Positions 13,900 to 32,593 of a stretch of 64,000 nucleotides of DNA are shown one piece after another; positions within the stretch are counted from its first letter, which is position 1; each line of letters opens with the position of its first letter. The notes beneath the pieces were generated by a model, which saw only the letters and a list, made by a program, of their open reading frames with translations, searched no databases and was not told where the DNA came from. Source of the DNA: Octopus vulgaris (taxonomy: Eukaryota). The stretch spans positions 122,574,001 to 122,638,000 of the forward strand of contig OX597819.1 of NCBI GenBank assembly GCA_951406725.2, written 5' to 3'. The translations under genes were made by a program, and so were the position numbers.

Positions 13900-14820
13900 G
13901 TATACACCCACACAGAGCGAGAAAGAGGAAGTAAGCGAGGTGTGTGCATGTATGCGTACGTGTGTATGTGTGTATGTGCATGTGGGAGTGAGCGTGAGTG
14001 TGTTTTGTGTGTGTGTGTGTGTGTGTGCGTGTGTATGTGTGTATATGCCTTTTTAAATTACCCTCATCAATAATATCTAAGCCATCCGTTGATACCCGTT
14101 GTTTAGCACGTTCATGTTAGAAATGCTTGCGCCAACTCCACAACAGAGTTTCAAGTAGAATAACATTTTCGTTTCGCCTCTTTCTTCCTTTCTTTCGTTC
14201 TTTCGTTCCTTCTTTCCCCTTTTCTTTCTTTCTTTCTTTCTTTCTTTCTATCTTTCCGTTTATTTCTTGTCTTCTTTCTCTCATTCTTTGTGCGTCAGTG
14301 CTTGCGTATGTGTACCAGTGAGTACGCTCACATAATGATTTTTTATATCATTACAAGCTCCCACCTTGTAGAGCAGATTACATTCACAGCAGAAACTATG
14401 TTACCCGAGTAGGATGAAAAGTAAAATCAACCCCACAGGGATTTGAACTCAAAATCTAGACAAACGTAAGTAAATACCACATGGAATTTTCTTCAATGTT
14501 CTACCGATCGAAAAATATCAAAAATAATCACAATTTTAGAATAAAATTTTCAACACAAATTTCCAGACTTTAAAATCTATAAAAAGAATATTCATACACA
14601 CACACACACCACACACACCACACACAACACGCACACACACACATACCACACACACCACACACACACCACACACACGCACTTACGCACACACGCACATGCA
14701 CACACATACGCTCGCTGATATATAAGTATGAAAAAAAAATATGCATACATTTATTTATTGCCAAGTACAACAGGTGCGAAACCGTCGGTAACTGTATGTA
14801 TGCATGTACTGTGTATACAT

Positions 14821-14893
<73 letters not shown>

Positions 14894-15113
14894 ATAGATA
14901 TACACACGAATATGTGAGCACATACGCATATATATGCACGGTCTCATAAACATACTTATACACACAAACACTCACACACAGATCTATATGCACATATATT
15001 GCACACACACATACACAAATATATATATGCATATGTATATGTATATATAAATGTATATATATATATGTATATATGTATATATATATATAAATGTATATAT
15101 ATATATATATATA

Positions 15114-15165
<52 letters not shown>

Positions 15166-15647
15166 AATGTAAATGTTGAAATTGGTTCGTGAACGAATAG
15201 TAGATCTTTGCATTAGCTTTTGCCGCATTTCTGGCAATAATGACAGGAAATTCTTCACCAAATTCTTCCTTTACCTGTCGAGATGTTGTCTCAAAGAGTA
15301 AAAACTTTTTAAATTCACAATATGAAGACGTAATTGCAGGCGTGAGATGTCAAATGTCACAAATGATCTATCGACCAATATACACTCGCACACGTATACA
15401 TGCGGTCGAGCTTATATCCACCCGACCACACAGAAATTATCTTTGATATAAGTTTTTCTTTCGTACATACATCTTGCTATACGAAATACGCTTTTTATCA
15501 ACTGTGATGCAGAGAGAATGGTGATTTCGGTACTTTCTCTAAGATTATTCATCGGTGCAGATCACCCTTGATGTTCCTACAGAATGTATTGGTTCCTTTT
15601 CCTCACCCCTTTGGACGATTTTCTCTCCATTCTATCATTTCATCTGC

Positions 15648-15816
15648 TGCTACGCTCTGGGTCCAAATTCCACCGAGGTCGACTTTGCCTTTCATCCTTT
15701 CGTGGTCGATAAATTATGTGCTAGTTTCGCACAGGGTCGATGTAATCGACTTAATCCGTTTGTCTGTCCTTGTTTGACCCCTCTATGTTTATCCCCTTGT
15801 GGGTAGTAAAGAAATA
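15648..15816 (+). mobile_element. SINE-A, 5'-truncated
   Basis: Core gactttgcctttcatcc and tail ccccttgtgggtagtaaagaaata. Confidence 0.85.
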
Positions 15817-16621
15817 TATATTGAGACCGAGGAGTGAAAAGAACATTGGTGGAACTAAATAATGAGAAAGTGCTACGAAATTTAAACACCACCGGTCAGA
15901 TACTGCTGTGTGAAACCTCAAGAAAAATATGTTCTGATGTGGAAATCAACTATTACCTGGATACCAACGTTTTCCGAAAAATACTGGAGACAAAGGGCAT
16001 TTATGGGACTCTGAAAAGAGGTTTGCAATCCAAGTTCCGGCGATACGCTTTCAGATTCATACATATTATTTTTGAACGAACAGGATATGTACCTTCACGT
16101 CTGGAGCAAAACAAACCTGAACTAAGGATTTCAAAACCGTTACGTCGTAACGAAACGTGATGCCATTAGATATTAAGAGGATTACTTATAGAATTATTTA
16201 TTTTCAAAGGAGGTGAAAAATCATCTGAGATTCATTCATCATAAAGATAATCCAAAGCTAGATGAGAAGATGTGCAGTTGGTCCCTTAGAGCTGGTTCAA
16301 GAATAGATACGACATACATACAGACACATTGAAGTGGCACACACACACACACAGAGGAAGTATAGTATAAAATATGGCCATCACAGTATGCTATACTTAC
16401 ATAATGAAGAAGGTTACGAAGCGAATGTAATCATACGGAAGTCATATTTTCACCTCTCACACCTGTAGGCAGTGTGTTATACATACACACAAACACACAC
16501 ACACGTATTCTTCTTCTTCTTCTTCTTCTTCTTCTTCTTCTTCTCCTCTTCCTCCTCCTCCTCCTCCTCCTTCTTCTTCTTCTTCTTATTATTATTATTA
16601 TTATTATATTATTATTATTAA

Positions 16622-16656
<35 letters not shown>

Positions 16657-16669
16657 TATTATTATTATC

Positions 16670-16758
<89 letters not shown>

Positions 16759-16761
<3 letters not shown>

Positions 16762-17291
16762 ATAGTTTTATTTTTATCACGTGCTTTCACTGCACTACTG
16801 AGCACAGCCCTATGTGTCTTGGGTATGTGCTGTGTTTTTTTTGAGATTTTATTATTTTCACTGTATTGAAAGTGTTCTACGTAGTATATGTACGGTGCAT
16901 AGTAGTGCAATTTTTGTATGTTATATACACTTGTAGGTTCTGGTGTTTTGGTTAGGTATTTGCCTAAATGGTTTCTTTTTTATCATACCTAATGCGCCTA
17001 TAATTATAGGAATTGTTTCTGCTATAAGGCTCAACATTCGAGTTAACTCTATTTCCATATCTTTTTATTTCGATAGTTCCCCCGTTTCTGTTAGGGAAAC
17101 GTTGTCATCTGTTGATATTGATACACTGATCAGGAGGCTACTTTTTTCTTGTTGATCTCTGATAACTATATCCGGTCTATTAGCTTTCTCTATCTGTGGG
17201 TATTGATATAACTCAGAGTATGGCTGCTTTCTCATTTTCTGTGAGATTTTCTGGGGTGTACCTACACCACCTTTTTCCTGCTGTCATTCCT
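16759..17291 (-). mobile_element. 5'-truncated R4/Dong-like LINE, diverged family-A-like
   Basis: Homologous to 983-1510 (RPDIVIRDQQEK, IPIIIGALGMIKK); flanked by (TTA)n. Confidence 0.8.
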
Positions 17292-17307
17292 ATTATTATT
17301 ATCATCA

Positions 17308-17357
<50 letters not shown>

Positions 17358-17359
<2 letters not shown>

Positions 17360-17748
17360 TTTTTTTTTTCTTCTTTCAAATTTGCTTCCATTTCTTGCCG
17401 AGTGTCTTCCCGACTCCTAGGGCAAAGAAACTCATAGTATACATTGGTAGGCCATTAAACCAAACTCAATAGTTCGTTCATTTAAAAAAACATTAAAAAA
17501 TTTTTTTTTTAAGTTAAATTAAAATACATGAGCAGCAACAGTTCTCACATCGACAATGCTCTTCTCAATACGTGTGATGTACCAGTTAAGACAATCTTTT
17601 GCACTTCTTGCAGGGATGGTAAGCCAGGGATCATTCTCATATAATTTTCGGTTCCCTTCTTGATCATTCCTAGTGCTCCTACGATCACTGGTATTGTAAC
17701 CGCCTTGAGATGCCACATTTTCTCAATTTCAATGAGTAGGTCTTTATA
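17358..17748 (-). mobile_element. 5'-truncated R4/Dong-like LINE, family B
   Basis: [50 protein letters not shown]. Confidence 0.88.
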
Positions 17749-17797
17749 TTATTATTATTACTATTACTATTATTATTATTACTATTATTATTATTAC

Positions 17798-17877
<80 letters not shown>

Positions 17878-17884
17878 CATTGTC

Positions 17885-19172
17885 ATTTACTTTTAATCTG
17901 CATGTTTGATGCAATCACCTGCCGGGGCACACCCAGCGCCCTAGGGCAAGTGAAGGTTAAGAGTTGTTGAAATACAGCTGAAAGCTTGGGGAGGGGAAGT
18001 AGAGATATATCTCCATGTAATGCAAACACAGACATTTACATTGATAGGGTTTTTCTAAGGATGTGGGCAGTACTTGTTAGCACAATCTTTTGGATTTCCT
18101 TGAGACATGGTTTTCCAGGGATATTGTCTAGGTGTTTCTGACATCCCTTTTTTATCATACCTAGGGCACCTACAATAACAGGAACAGTTTTTGTTTTAAG
18201 ATTCCACATCCTCTGTATTTCGATTTCCAGGTCCTTATATTTACTAAGTTTGTCAAATTCCTTGACAGATACATTTTTATCAGTGGGGACGCTTACTTCT
18301 ATTAGTCTGCAGGTATTTTCTTCCCTGTCCTTAACAATTATGTCTGGTCGATTAGCCTTGATCGTTCTGTCAGTGTTGACTGGAAAATCCCAGAGGATGG
18401 TGACATCTTTACCTTCAACAACTGGCTGAGGATGGTGTTCGTACCAGTTAGCAGGAATGTCGGATTTGTAGTGTTTACATATCTTCCAATGTATATACTG
18501 TCCTACCCTATCGTGGCGATTTTTGTATTCGTTTGGTGTCAGCACAGGACATCCCGAAACGAGATGGTCTATCGTTTCGTCAAATGTGTCGCAGAATCTG
18601 CATTTAGGGTCAGTACCGTTTCGGAGAACGTTAGCCTGGTAATTTCTGGTAAACAAGCTTTGATCTTGTGCTGCCATTATGAAACCTTCAGTCTCTGCTT
18701 TCAATCCAGAGATCTTCAGCCACTGATGGGTTGTTGCTTGGTCTACATCAGCATTTTGGCTTCGGAGAATATATTGTCCATGCAGGGGCTTCTGGCTCCA
18801 CCGCCTCTCAATTTGATTCTGCCCGTTCTTTTTTGCAGTCTGCTTGATTCGCTTTGCTTGCTTGGTAGCAGTGGTTTCCGGCTCTTCATCTGATTCAAGG
18901 TTAATGTCTAGTTCCCTTTCGAACTTATAAGCTTCCTTGACAATAGAATGCAGCTTTTTGTTGCTTTCGTGTTCGCGCACAAGTCGCAGCATCCAGTCCT
19001 TTGTACTAGATAGGTACCTGTTCATTCCTACAGTAGAGGTCTTATAGCACAGCTCTAATTGCATCATTCCTCTCCCCCCGCTGCTTCTAGGTAGGTACAA
19101 GCGGTCTACATCTGCCTTAGGGTGGTGCATGCTCCTGGATGTCAGTAACTTTCTTGTCTTCCTGTCTAAGCG
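17885..19172 (-). mobile_element. 5'-truncated R4/Dong-like LINE, family C
   Basis: Uninterrupted C-terminal frame plus ~150-bp 3'UTR; flanked by (TTA)n on both sides. Confidence 0.92.
18036..19130 (-). CDS. Truncated LINE ORF: post-RT region, CCHC zinc knuckle, RLE endonuclease (no RT core)
   Basis: 364 aa: [52 protein letters not shown]. Confidence 0.85.
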   Translation of the reverse strand: MHHPKADVDRLYLPRSSGGRGMMQLELCYKTSTVGMNRYLSSTKDWMLRLVREHESNKKLHSIVKEAYKFERELDINLESDEEPETTATKQAKRIKQTAKKNGQNQIERRWSQKPLHGQYILRSQNADVDQATTHQWLKISGLKAETEGFIMAAQDQSLFTRNYQANVLRNGTDPKCRFCDTFDETIDHLVSGCPVLTPNEYKNRHDRVGQYIHWKICKHYKSDIPANWYEHHPQPVVEGKDVTILWDFPVNTDRTIKANRPDIIVKDREENTCRLIEVSVPTDKNVSVKEFDKLSKYKDLEIEIQRMWNLKTKTVPVIVGALGMIKKGCQKHLDNIPGKPCLKEIQKIVLTSTAHILRKTLSM

Positions 19173-19179
19173 TTATTAA

Positions 19180-24370
<5,191 letters not shown>

Positions 24371-24445
24371 TTATTGTTATTACTATCATCTTCACCACCA
24401 TCACCATCATTATTATCACCATCATTATTATTATCTTCAATATTT

Positions 24446-24448
24446 TTA

Positions 24449-24511
<63 letters not shown>

Positions 24512-24515
24512 CATA

Positions 24516-24596
<81 letters not shown>

Positions 24597-24654
24597 ATTA
24601 TTATTATTATTATTATTATTATTATAATTATTATTATCATTATTATTATTATTA

Positions 24655-24698
<44 letters not shown>

Positions 24699-24746
24699 GT
24701 TATTATTATTATTATTATTATTATCATAATTATTATTATTATCATA

Positions 24747-24792
<46 letters not shown>

Positions 24793-24869
24793 TATTATTA
24801 TTATTATAATTATTATTATTATTATAATAATTATTATTATTATTATAATTATTATTATTATTATTATTA

Positions 24870-24958
<89 letters not shown>

Positions 24959-24980
24959 CATAATTATTATTATTATCATA

Positions 24981-25046
<66 letters not shown>

Positions 25047-25070
25047 GTTGTTGTTGTTGTTGTTGTTGTT
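24446..25070. repeat. (TTA)n array ending in (TTG)n at the 5' flank of the full-length element
   Basis: Directly visible. Confidence 0.95.
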
Positions 25071-25591
25071 AGTATTATATTATATAGATGCATCCCAAAC
25101 AAGTGCACATCGGTTTATCTGTCTTGTCTCAGTCTGTCACTGTACGTGTTTCTGTGTTTCTATGTGAGTGTGTGTATCTGACTGCCGGTTTCACTCTGTG
25201 CCTGTATGTATATATGTGCGTGCGTGTGTGCGTTGTGTGTGTGTGTGGGAGTCTGTATGCTATATGCATATATATATATATATATAAATACAAGCAAATG
25301 CATATATACACAGACATACAGGTAAATACCAGGTGTTATCTGATGAATAATACGTGCCTTAAAAGTGCAGAAGTATCAAGCCGAAACATAAGAAGCAAAT
25401 GCTTAATGTAAAGTAGTGTGTGAAATGAAGGAAAAAGAGAGCCCGACGGGTGATAATCGTTATCAAAAAAGAGAAATATGAATATAAAATATGAATTGAG
25501 AAAGGAGAGAATATGTACGTTACTAAATAAGATATCTACTCGCATGGTGGATCTCATATATATATATATAGATGCGTATAAATGTATACTC

Positions 25592-25639
<48 letters not shown>

Positions 25640-26778
25640 GTGCGTGGTTTGATCAATAAGTATCCAGATTGTTGCCATAGTACGAAGCTAAAGTACATAG
25701 AGTGAAGCGGCTTGGCACAGGTTGACCTTGAACTTCGCTGTGCATAGGCACTATGTTTTAATTCTCTAGCTCGCTTCCGCTGTTTACAGCAGTGCTTGGA
25801 AGGGAGGTGTGTAGCGTGTGTTCATAACATTGGTCATGACAGAGAAAGTTGAGCAGGGAATCTGGATCAAGGCTTGACGATACCTGTTCAGAGGCCTACG
25901 CAAAGATTTCAAAAGGTTTTCAGCGTTCTCGACACAATCAAGGAGATCCTCTGCAACTGAAACCTGAGTGTTCTTTTAGTCAGCTGAAAGCAGTTTTGGC
26001 ACAAATTTGGCAGAAACGCTTCTCATACCCAAATCTTCAGGGCTAATGGACTGAACTCAACCGAAACCAATCTGTACATACTCTGATATATTTCTTTATT
26101 GCCCACAAGGGGCTAAACATAGAGGGGACAAACAAGGACAGACAAAGGGATTAAGTTGATTATATCGACCCCAGTGCATTAATTGGTACTTGATTTATCG
26201 ACCCTGAAAGGACGAAAGGCAAAGTCGACTTCGGCGGAATTTGAGCTCAGAACGTAACGACAGACGAAATACGCCTACGCATTTCGCCCGGCGTGCTAAC
26301 GTTTCTGCCAGCTCGCCGCCTTATTCTGCACATACTCTGATAACTCACGGATGGTGATTCGACGATTTCCCCTCACAGCTGCACGCACATCTGTGATGTT
26401 TTTCTGGGTTATGCTGGTTGAATTTTTCCCAGAACGTTCGTCCCAATCGACATTTTTTCGGCCTTCTTGGAAGCACCTGAACCACTCGCACACTTGTGTG
26501 CTTTCTCATAAACGCCTCTCCATACACTTCCTTCAAATTTGTGTAGGCCTCTGCGCAGATATCGCCATCACAACTTTCTCATGGTCAATGCGACAGCCAC
26601 ATGTTACACACCTTAATTTCAAGCAATGCTGTAAACAGCGGAAGCGAGCTAGAATGTTAAAACTTAGTGCACATGCGCAACAGAGGTGAAGGTCAATCTG
26701 TGCCAAGCAGCTTCACTCTGCTGTCTTTAGCTTCGTTACTATGGCAACAACCCGGATAATTGTTGATCAGACCTCGTA
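25640..26778 (-). mobile_element. Mariner-derived rearranged element with long inverted ends
   Basis: Inverted ends (tgatcaataagtatccagattgttgccatag / ctatggcaacaacccggataattgttgatcagacctcgta); HTH remnants KEVYGEAFM, EWFRCFQEG..DERSG, NRRITIRELSE. Confidence 0.8.
26089..26322 (-). mobile_element. SINE-A inserted in the mariner remnant
   Basis: Full head and tail; flanking direct repeat catactctgata. Confidence 0.9.
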
Positions 26779-26904
26779 TATACATACATACATACACACA
26801 CACACATATATATACATGTATGTATGTATGTATGTATGTATGTATGTATGTATGTATGTATGTATGTATGTATGTATGTATGTGTGAGTGTGTGTGTGTT
26901 TGCA

Positions 26905-27600
26905 TGTTTGTTTTTATGTTCAGTTATAACAATCTGTTGGATTATGCTATATTTATTGTTCTTAAGAAAGAATGCTATTGAGATTGACTTGGAAGTTTCG
27001 GGTAGTTAAGCCACTGTTGGTCTGCGATCGTAGTCCGACGATGGATTAACTACCCGAATCTTCTAAGTTACTGTCAATAGTATTCTTGTCAAACCATATT
27101 CTGTATTTTCAAGTGAATCATCATCGTAATATACATATTATAGATTTTTCTTACCGTTTTTCCCTTCTCACTCTATTTTTTCTCTCTCAATCCTTTCTGT
27201 CGAAGAGCGTAGGCTCGAAATGTCAAAGTCTTTTCCATTCTTCCAGAGAGTTAAACTAATACACCTACTTGATGTTCTTTAATCTTTCTTCGTCTTTTGT
27301 TTTCTGTAAATTTGAACTATATATGTGCGAGTTTGTGTTTATGTTCAGTTATAATAATCTGTTGGATTAGGCTGTATTTATTGTTCTTAAGAAAGAACAC
27401 TTTTGAGAGTGATTTGGAAGTTTCAGGCAGTTAAGCCATCATTGGGCTGCATCCACCATGTTGGACCGCTGAAATCTAGAGGTTTTTTAAAAAAATTCTC
27501 TCTTTGCTTATTTCCTCTTATTCCTTTCTGTTGAAGAGCGTAGGCTCGAAGCGTAAAACACTTTTCCATTTTTCACAAGCGTCAAACTAATACATTTGCA
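26905..27600 (+). repeat. Tandem pair of LTR-like units, each containing a variant hammerhead-like motif
   Basis: The start at ~26910 recurs at ~27337; ctttctgt(c/t)gaagagcgtaggctcgaa at 27193 and 27524. Confidence 0.7.
27193..27228 (+). ncRNA. Putative minimal type I hammerhead ribozyme, A6U core variant
   Basis: CTTT-CTGTCGA-A-GAGC(GTAG)GCTC-GAAAT-GTC-AAAG; stems I and II pair. Confidence 0.45.
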
Positions 27601-27689
27601 GACACACACTAATGTGAACACGAAGCAACAAAACATGGAGAAAGTAGTACTCGAATAGCATATTTAAGTACGATAATATTTTATTGAAG

Positions 27690-27809
27690 TCTTGCAGTAT
27701 AACCCGGTTTTGCCCGGGATTAATTTAGGATTATTAAGCTAATCAAGTTCTTTATTTCAAACCAAACTAAGTAACGTCGACGTCAAATTTGGGCAAAATC
27801 CGTTGAAAT

Positions 27810-27847
<38 letters not shown>

Positions 27848-27944
27848 ATATTTCGGAATGGTCATATTGTTTTTATTGGCTAAACTGGCAATATGACCAT
27901 TCCGAAATATAACAATATCTGTTTCAACACACGACTTCACATAA

Positions 27945-28039
<95 letters not shown>

Positions 28040-28428
28040 GCAACACGCACACACGTGCATACACCTATTGCATACATGTTTTTGGGACGCATACATGTCC
28101 GTGTGTGTGTGTGTGTTGCCCGTATATCAACAAAACAATTTTTTCCTCGATGGAAAAGAAACAATAAGAAAAGTCTTAACAAAAACTTACTCGTCGCTAG
28201 AAGGTGACTTAATTCCTGTTTGCAAACAATGGTGATTTCTCCGACTTGAAAATTCTTAAAAGTTTTGGTTGAAAATTTATTTTTACTCCTATTCGCTGGT
28301 GCCTCTGGGAAAAATAGGTTGACAAAAATACAGATAGTGTCATAAAGAATGCCCTCCTAAAATTGGAGCGACATGCGTGCTAAATTGTGGACGTGCATAA
28401 ATTACATTCTAACTTTTATATATACAGA
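27690..28428 (+). mobile_element. Helentron/HINE-like non-autonomous element with internal microsatellite and hairpin
   Basis: 5' cttgcagtataacccggttttgcccggg mini-hairpin and 3' cttttatatatacagat end resemble HINE/DINE-type ends (inference). Confidence 0.45.
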
Positions 28429-28562
28429 TGACAAAAATTCACAAACTGATACTCTTTAATACTCTGTAACACTTTGGTGTTTCACGAAACTGATCGATTA
28501 CGTGAAACAGCAAAGAATAGTTTGTGAAGTCCCTTCAACATTGATGAAGTAATCTACCCACT

Positions 28563-28972
28563 AGGGCGGTGAGCTGGCAGAATCGTTAGCATGCCGGGCG
28601 AAATGCTTAGCGGTATTTCGTCTTCCGGTACGTTCTGAGTTCAAACTTCACTGAGGTCGACTTTGCCTTTCATCCTTTTGGGGTCGATAAATTAAGTACC
28701 AGTTACGCACTAGGGTCGATATAATCGACTCAATCCGTTTGTCTGTCCTTGTTTGTCCTCTCTGTGTTTAGCCCCTTGTGGGTAGTAAAGAAATAGGTAT
28801 TTCGTCTGTCTTTACGTTCTGAGTTCAACCTTCGCCGTGGTCGACTTTGCTTTTCATCCTTTCGGGGTCGATTAAATAAATACCAGTTACGCACTGGGGT
28901 CGATGAAATCGACTTAAACTCTTTGTCTGTTTGTCCCCTCTATGTTTAGCCTCCTGTGGACAATAAAGAAAT
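28563..28972 (+). mobile_element. SINE-A, two-unit copy
   Basis: Head plus repeated body. Confidence 0.9.
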
Positions 28973-29196
28973 AAATATACACACACTACATGTACACATA
29001 TATACAGATATTCATGCATACATACATATATACATACATGTATACCTGCATACATACACAGATACATGCATACACACATACATACATACATACAGACAGA
29101 CAAGCGCATACATAAATCTACACAAATATTGCACAAACACATATAGAAACCCATACTCATACACACACATATACACATACACACACGCATACATAT

Positions 29197-29568
29197 GAGC
29201 CTAGGAGTGGCTGCGTGGTAAGTAGCTTGCTTACCAACCCCATGATTCCGGTTTCAGTCCCACTTCATGGCACCTTGGGCAAGTGTCTTCTACTATAGCC
29301 TCGGGCCGACTAAAGTCTTGTGAGTGGATTTGGTAGATGGAAACGGAAAGAAGCCCGTCCTATATATGTATATGTGCGTATGTGTTTGTGTGTCTGTGTT
29401 TGTCCCCTTAACATCGGTTGACGACCGATGCTAGTGTGTTTACGTCCCCGTAACTTAGCGGATCGGCGAAAGAGTCCGATAGAATAAATACTAGTCGATT
29501 TACTCGACTAAAGGCGGTGCTTCAGCATAGCCATAGTCAAATGACTGAAACAAGTAAAAGAGTAAAGA
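29197..29568 (+). mobile_element. SINE-B (tRNA head, CORE-like ccttgggcaagt, internal TA/TG microsatellite)
   Basis: Homologous to 32594, 43375 and 59579; tail gactgaaacaagtaaaagag. Confidence 0.88.
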
Positions 29569-30244
29569 TTATGAGTGCATGTACGTGTGTTTGTGAGAGT
29601 ATTTGTACATTAACACGGATGCAAATGTATTTATAACGTATACAAACACACATATACACATTTATATATATTAAAATGCAAATCCGTATTAGATTGGTCC
29701 ATAATCGTGAAGAGACGTAATTATAAGCTCTGAGCTAGAAATATTTCAAGACAAAAGGTTCCGCCAATTACACTTTAAAAGAAATTCTATTTCACGAATG
29801 TTCCAGCATGGCTAAATAAAATAGGTTAGTTTAACGGTCTAGGAAAACGAACTAAGGGAATTCAAAAATCAATAATGCGAACCAAATCACTTAATAAAAA
29901 TAGTATTGTTGGAATTAGTTTACTGAGCTAAATCGATTTAAGTTTGTGATACTATCAAATATAAATGCACAGTGGTATATCGTTTTGCTATTATTTCTTA
30001 ATTCTTTAGAATTATTTTTCTATAATTAACAGTTTTAAAGCCTCTGTACAAGTAGCTGAATGCCGTCTTTAAAATAGTGAAACAGGAAAATGTTTATTGT
30101 TTACATTATTTACATTATTTACATTTGACAGTTATTTGACCTCATCTTGTTTGTTGTTGACACAACGTTTCGGCTGATATACCCCCCCAGCCCATTGGCA
30201 TATGGCGTAGTGGTTAACTGCGAGCTCGATTCCAGGCAGTGACC

Positions 30245-30349
<105 letters not shown>

Positions 30350-30825
30350 GTCTTGGTATAAAAGATGGGCTACAGCAAATATTCTGCTCAATACCACAGA
30401 TTTGCTTGTCAGTTGTTTGACCATAACCAGTTGAGTATGTCCTTTAGTGGCTGACGATATGTGCATCTCTGATCACGAGGAGAAGTAGTGGGGGAGCATC
30501 ATAGCCATGTGTTGAGAGGGATTCTTTGGGGATTTGAATAATTCACCTCTGGAAACATGGGTGGTTCTTTCAACATCCTTAAACAATCCTTATTCAGGGA
30601 CCTTTTGAGCGGGATGGGTTACTCGACCAGAAGAAAATTCTAACTGAGCCCCACCTGCAAGGTCATGTGCTGTGTATCTTGATATGAGATCACCATGTCG
30701 CGCACATATGGTTGTGATGCATGTGCCTAGTGTTCCCTTGTCAGACGGGTGGTCATGATGGGTATATTGGGCTTCGTATATTTTACCCCAGTGTCATTTT
30801 GATGGAATGCACTGCTCTCTCACTC
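30350..30825 (+). mobile_element. Non-coding (TAA)n-associated repeat nested in the hammerhead element
   Basis: Homologous to 53152-53630 and 7584-7892; bounded by TAA repeats. Confidence 0.85.
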
Positions 30826-30891
30826 AATAATAATAAAAAAAACATCGAAAAGTACATTAGGAATGAAAACCCAGGTTCGAAATTTCCCCAA

Positions 30892-30940
30892 GACACCACC
30901 TGATGAAGGCAGGAGGGTATATCAGCCGAAATGTTGTGTT
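30892..30940 (+). ncRNA. Minimal type I hammerhead ribozyme, slightly degenerate
   Basis: CAC-CTGATGA-A-GGCAG..CAGCC-GAAAT-GTT-GTG. Confidence 0.6.
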
Positions 30941-31180
30941 AATTACAAACAAGATGAGGACAAATATCCGTCAAATGTAAATAATGTAAATAATGTACGT
31001 AATTCCTCATATAGAACAGAAAAATGTTTCTCTACATTTCAAGGTATTTATTCACTTCTTGGGTGTATTGCATCCCTAATCTATGCAGGAAGGTTACTCT
31101 CCGTTATTCTGAAACCTTCAGCTTCTTCAGATTGTCACAAAACCAAGAGTACTAATTAATATTGATATAAATGATATATT

Positions 31181-31183
<3 letters not shown>

Positions 31184-31212
<29 letters not shown>

Positions 31213-31816
31213 TGTATGTATGTATGTATGTATGTATGTATGTATGTATGTATGCATGAATGTATGTATACATGTATGTATGTATGTATGTATGCATGTA
31301 TGTATGTATGCATGTATGTATGTATGTATGTATGTGTGTGTGTGTATGTATGTATGTATGTATGTATGTATGTATGTATGTATGTATGTATGTATGTATG
31401 TGTGTATGATGTATGTATGTATGTATGTATGTATGTATGTATGTATGTATGTATGTATGTATGTGTGTATGTATGTATGTATGTATGTATGTATGTATGT
31501 ATGTATGTATGTATGTTTGTATGTATGTATGTATGTATGTATGTATGTATGTATGTATGTGTGTATGTATGTATGTATGTATGTATGTATGTATGTATGT
31601 ATGTATGTATGTATGTATGTATGTATGTATGTATGTATGTATGTATGTATGTGTGTATGTATGTATGTATGTATGTATGTATGTATGTATGTATGTATGT
31701 AGATATGTATGTAGGTATGTATGTATGTATGTATGTATGCATGTATGATGTATGCATGTATGTATGTATGATGTATGCATGTATGTATGTATGTATGTAT
31801 GTATGTATGTATGTAT
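31184..31816. repeat. (TATG)n microsatellite
   Basis: Directly visible. Confidence 0.95.
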
Positions 31817-31994
31817 GAGAGAGAGAGAGAGAAAGAGACAGAGACAGAGAAAAACAGACACACAGAAACAGAGAGAAAGACAGACAGACTGAGAGAGAAA
31901 AAGACTGTGTGTGCGTGCGCGTTTCTTTTAGCCCCATCAACACCCTCCTTCTACAACCATGTCAATTTGGTATAGCACCCAGGACAAAAAATAA

Positions 31995-32580
31995 AAAATT
32001 AATAAAAACAATATGTTAGTCACCATATGATTAGCAACTTCCCAGGAGAGAGTCGACAGTGTCTAAGTTCGGACACTATAGCCGATGGAAATTAATAACC
32101 ATATCCACAGGATTTCCTTAACAATTTGAATCCCTCAGGACTACCTATGCATAGGATCCCACTGAAAAAGTACTGCCCTGTAATGCTCCAATGAAATTCT
32201 GACCCTGCCAATGGACATTTCAACGGGACAAGATACACCGTCACGCAACTCAATTCTCACGTCATCGTGGCAGTGATAGCGATTGACCCTCAGAGTGGTA
32301 AGCGCCTGTTCATACCTCGGATATCACTGGTACCCTCTTAACAACCAGTTTCCCTTCCAATTACGACGCAGTCAGTTTACCCTTCAAACAAGCCTTCTCA
32401 TTCACAGCTAACAAGTCTCAGGGCCAGACTTTAGATCGTGTTGATGTGTTTCTGCCCACTCCGATGTTTACACACGGCCAGTTGTATGTCGCTACGAACA
32501 GAGCAACGGATTCAGCTAATTTGAAAATTAGTGTTGATCAAACACAAACTATCGATTACAAAGAAGCTTTGAAAACATAA
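31995..32580 (+). pseudogene. Helitron PIF1-like helicase C-terminal remnant
   Basis: Hand translation: YPQDFLNNLNPSGLPMH, NGTRY, LFIPRISLVPS, NKSQGQTLDRV, MFTHGQLYVA; contains stops and frameshifts. Confidence 0.85.
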
Positions 32581-32593
32581 TAATATCATGAAT

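Noticed and set aside
15430-16160. Possible piggyBac transposase remnants (CITVD.. on minus; NYY..KGIYGTLKR on plus)
   Set aside because: The motifs are short, lie on opposite strands and lack the catalytic residues
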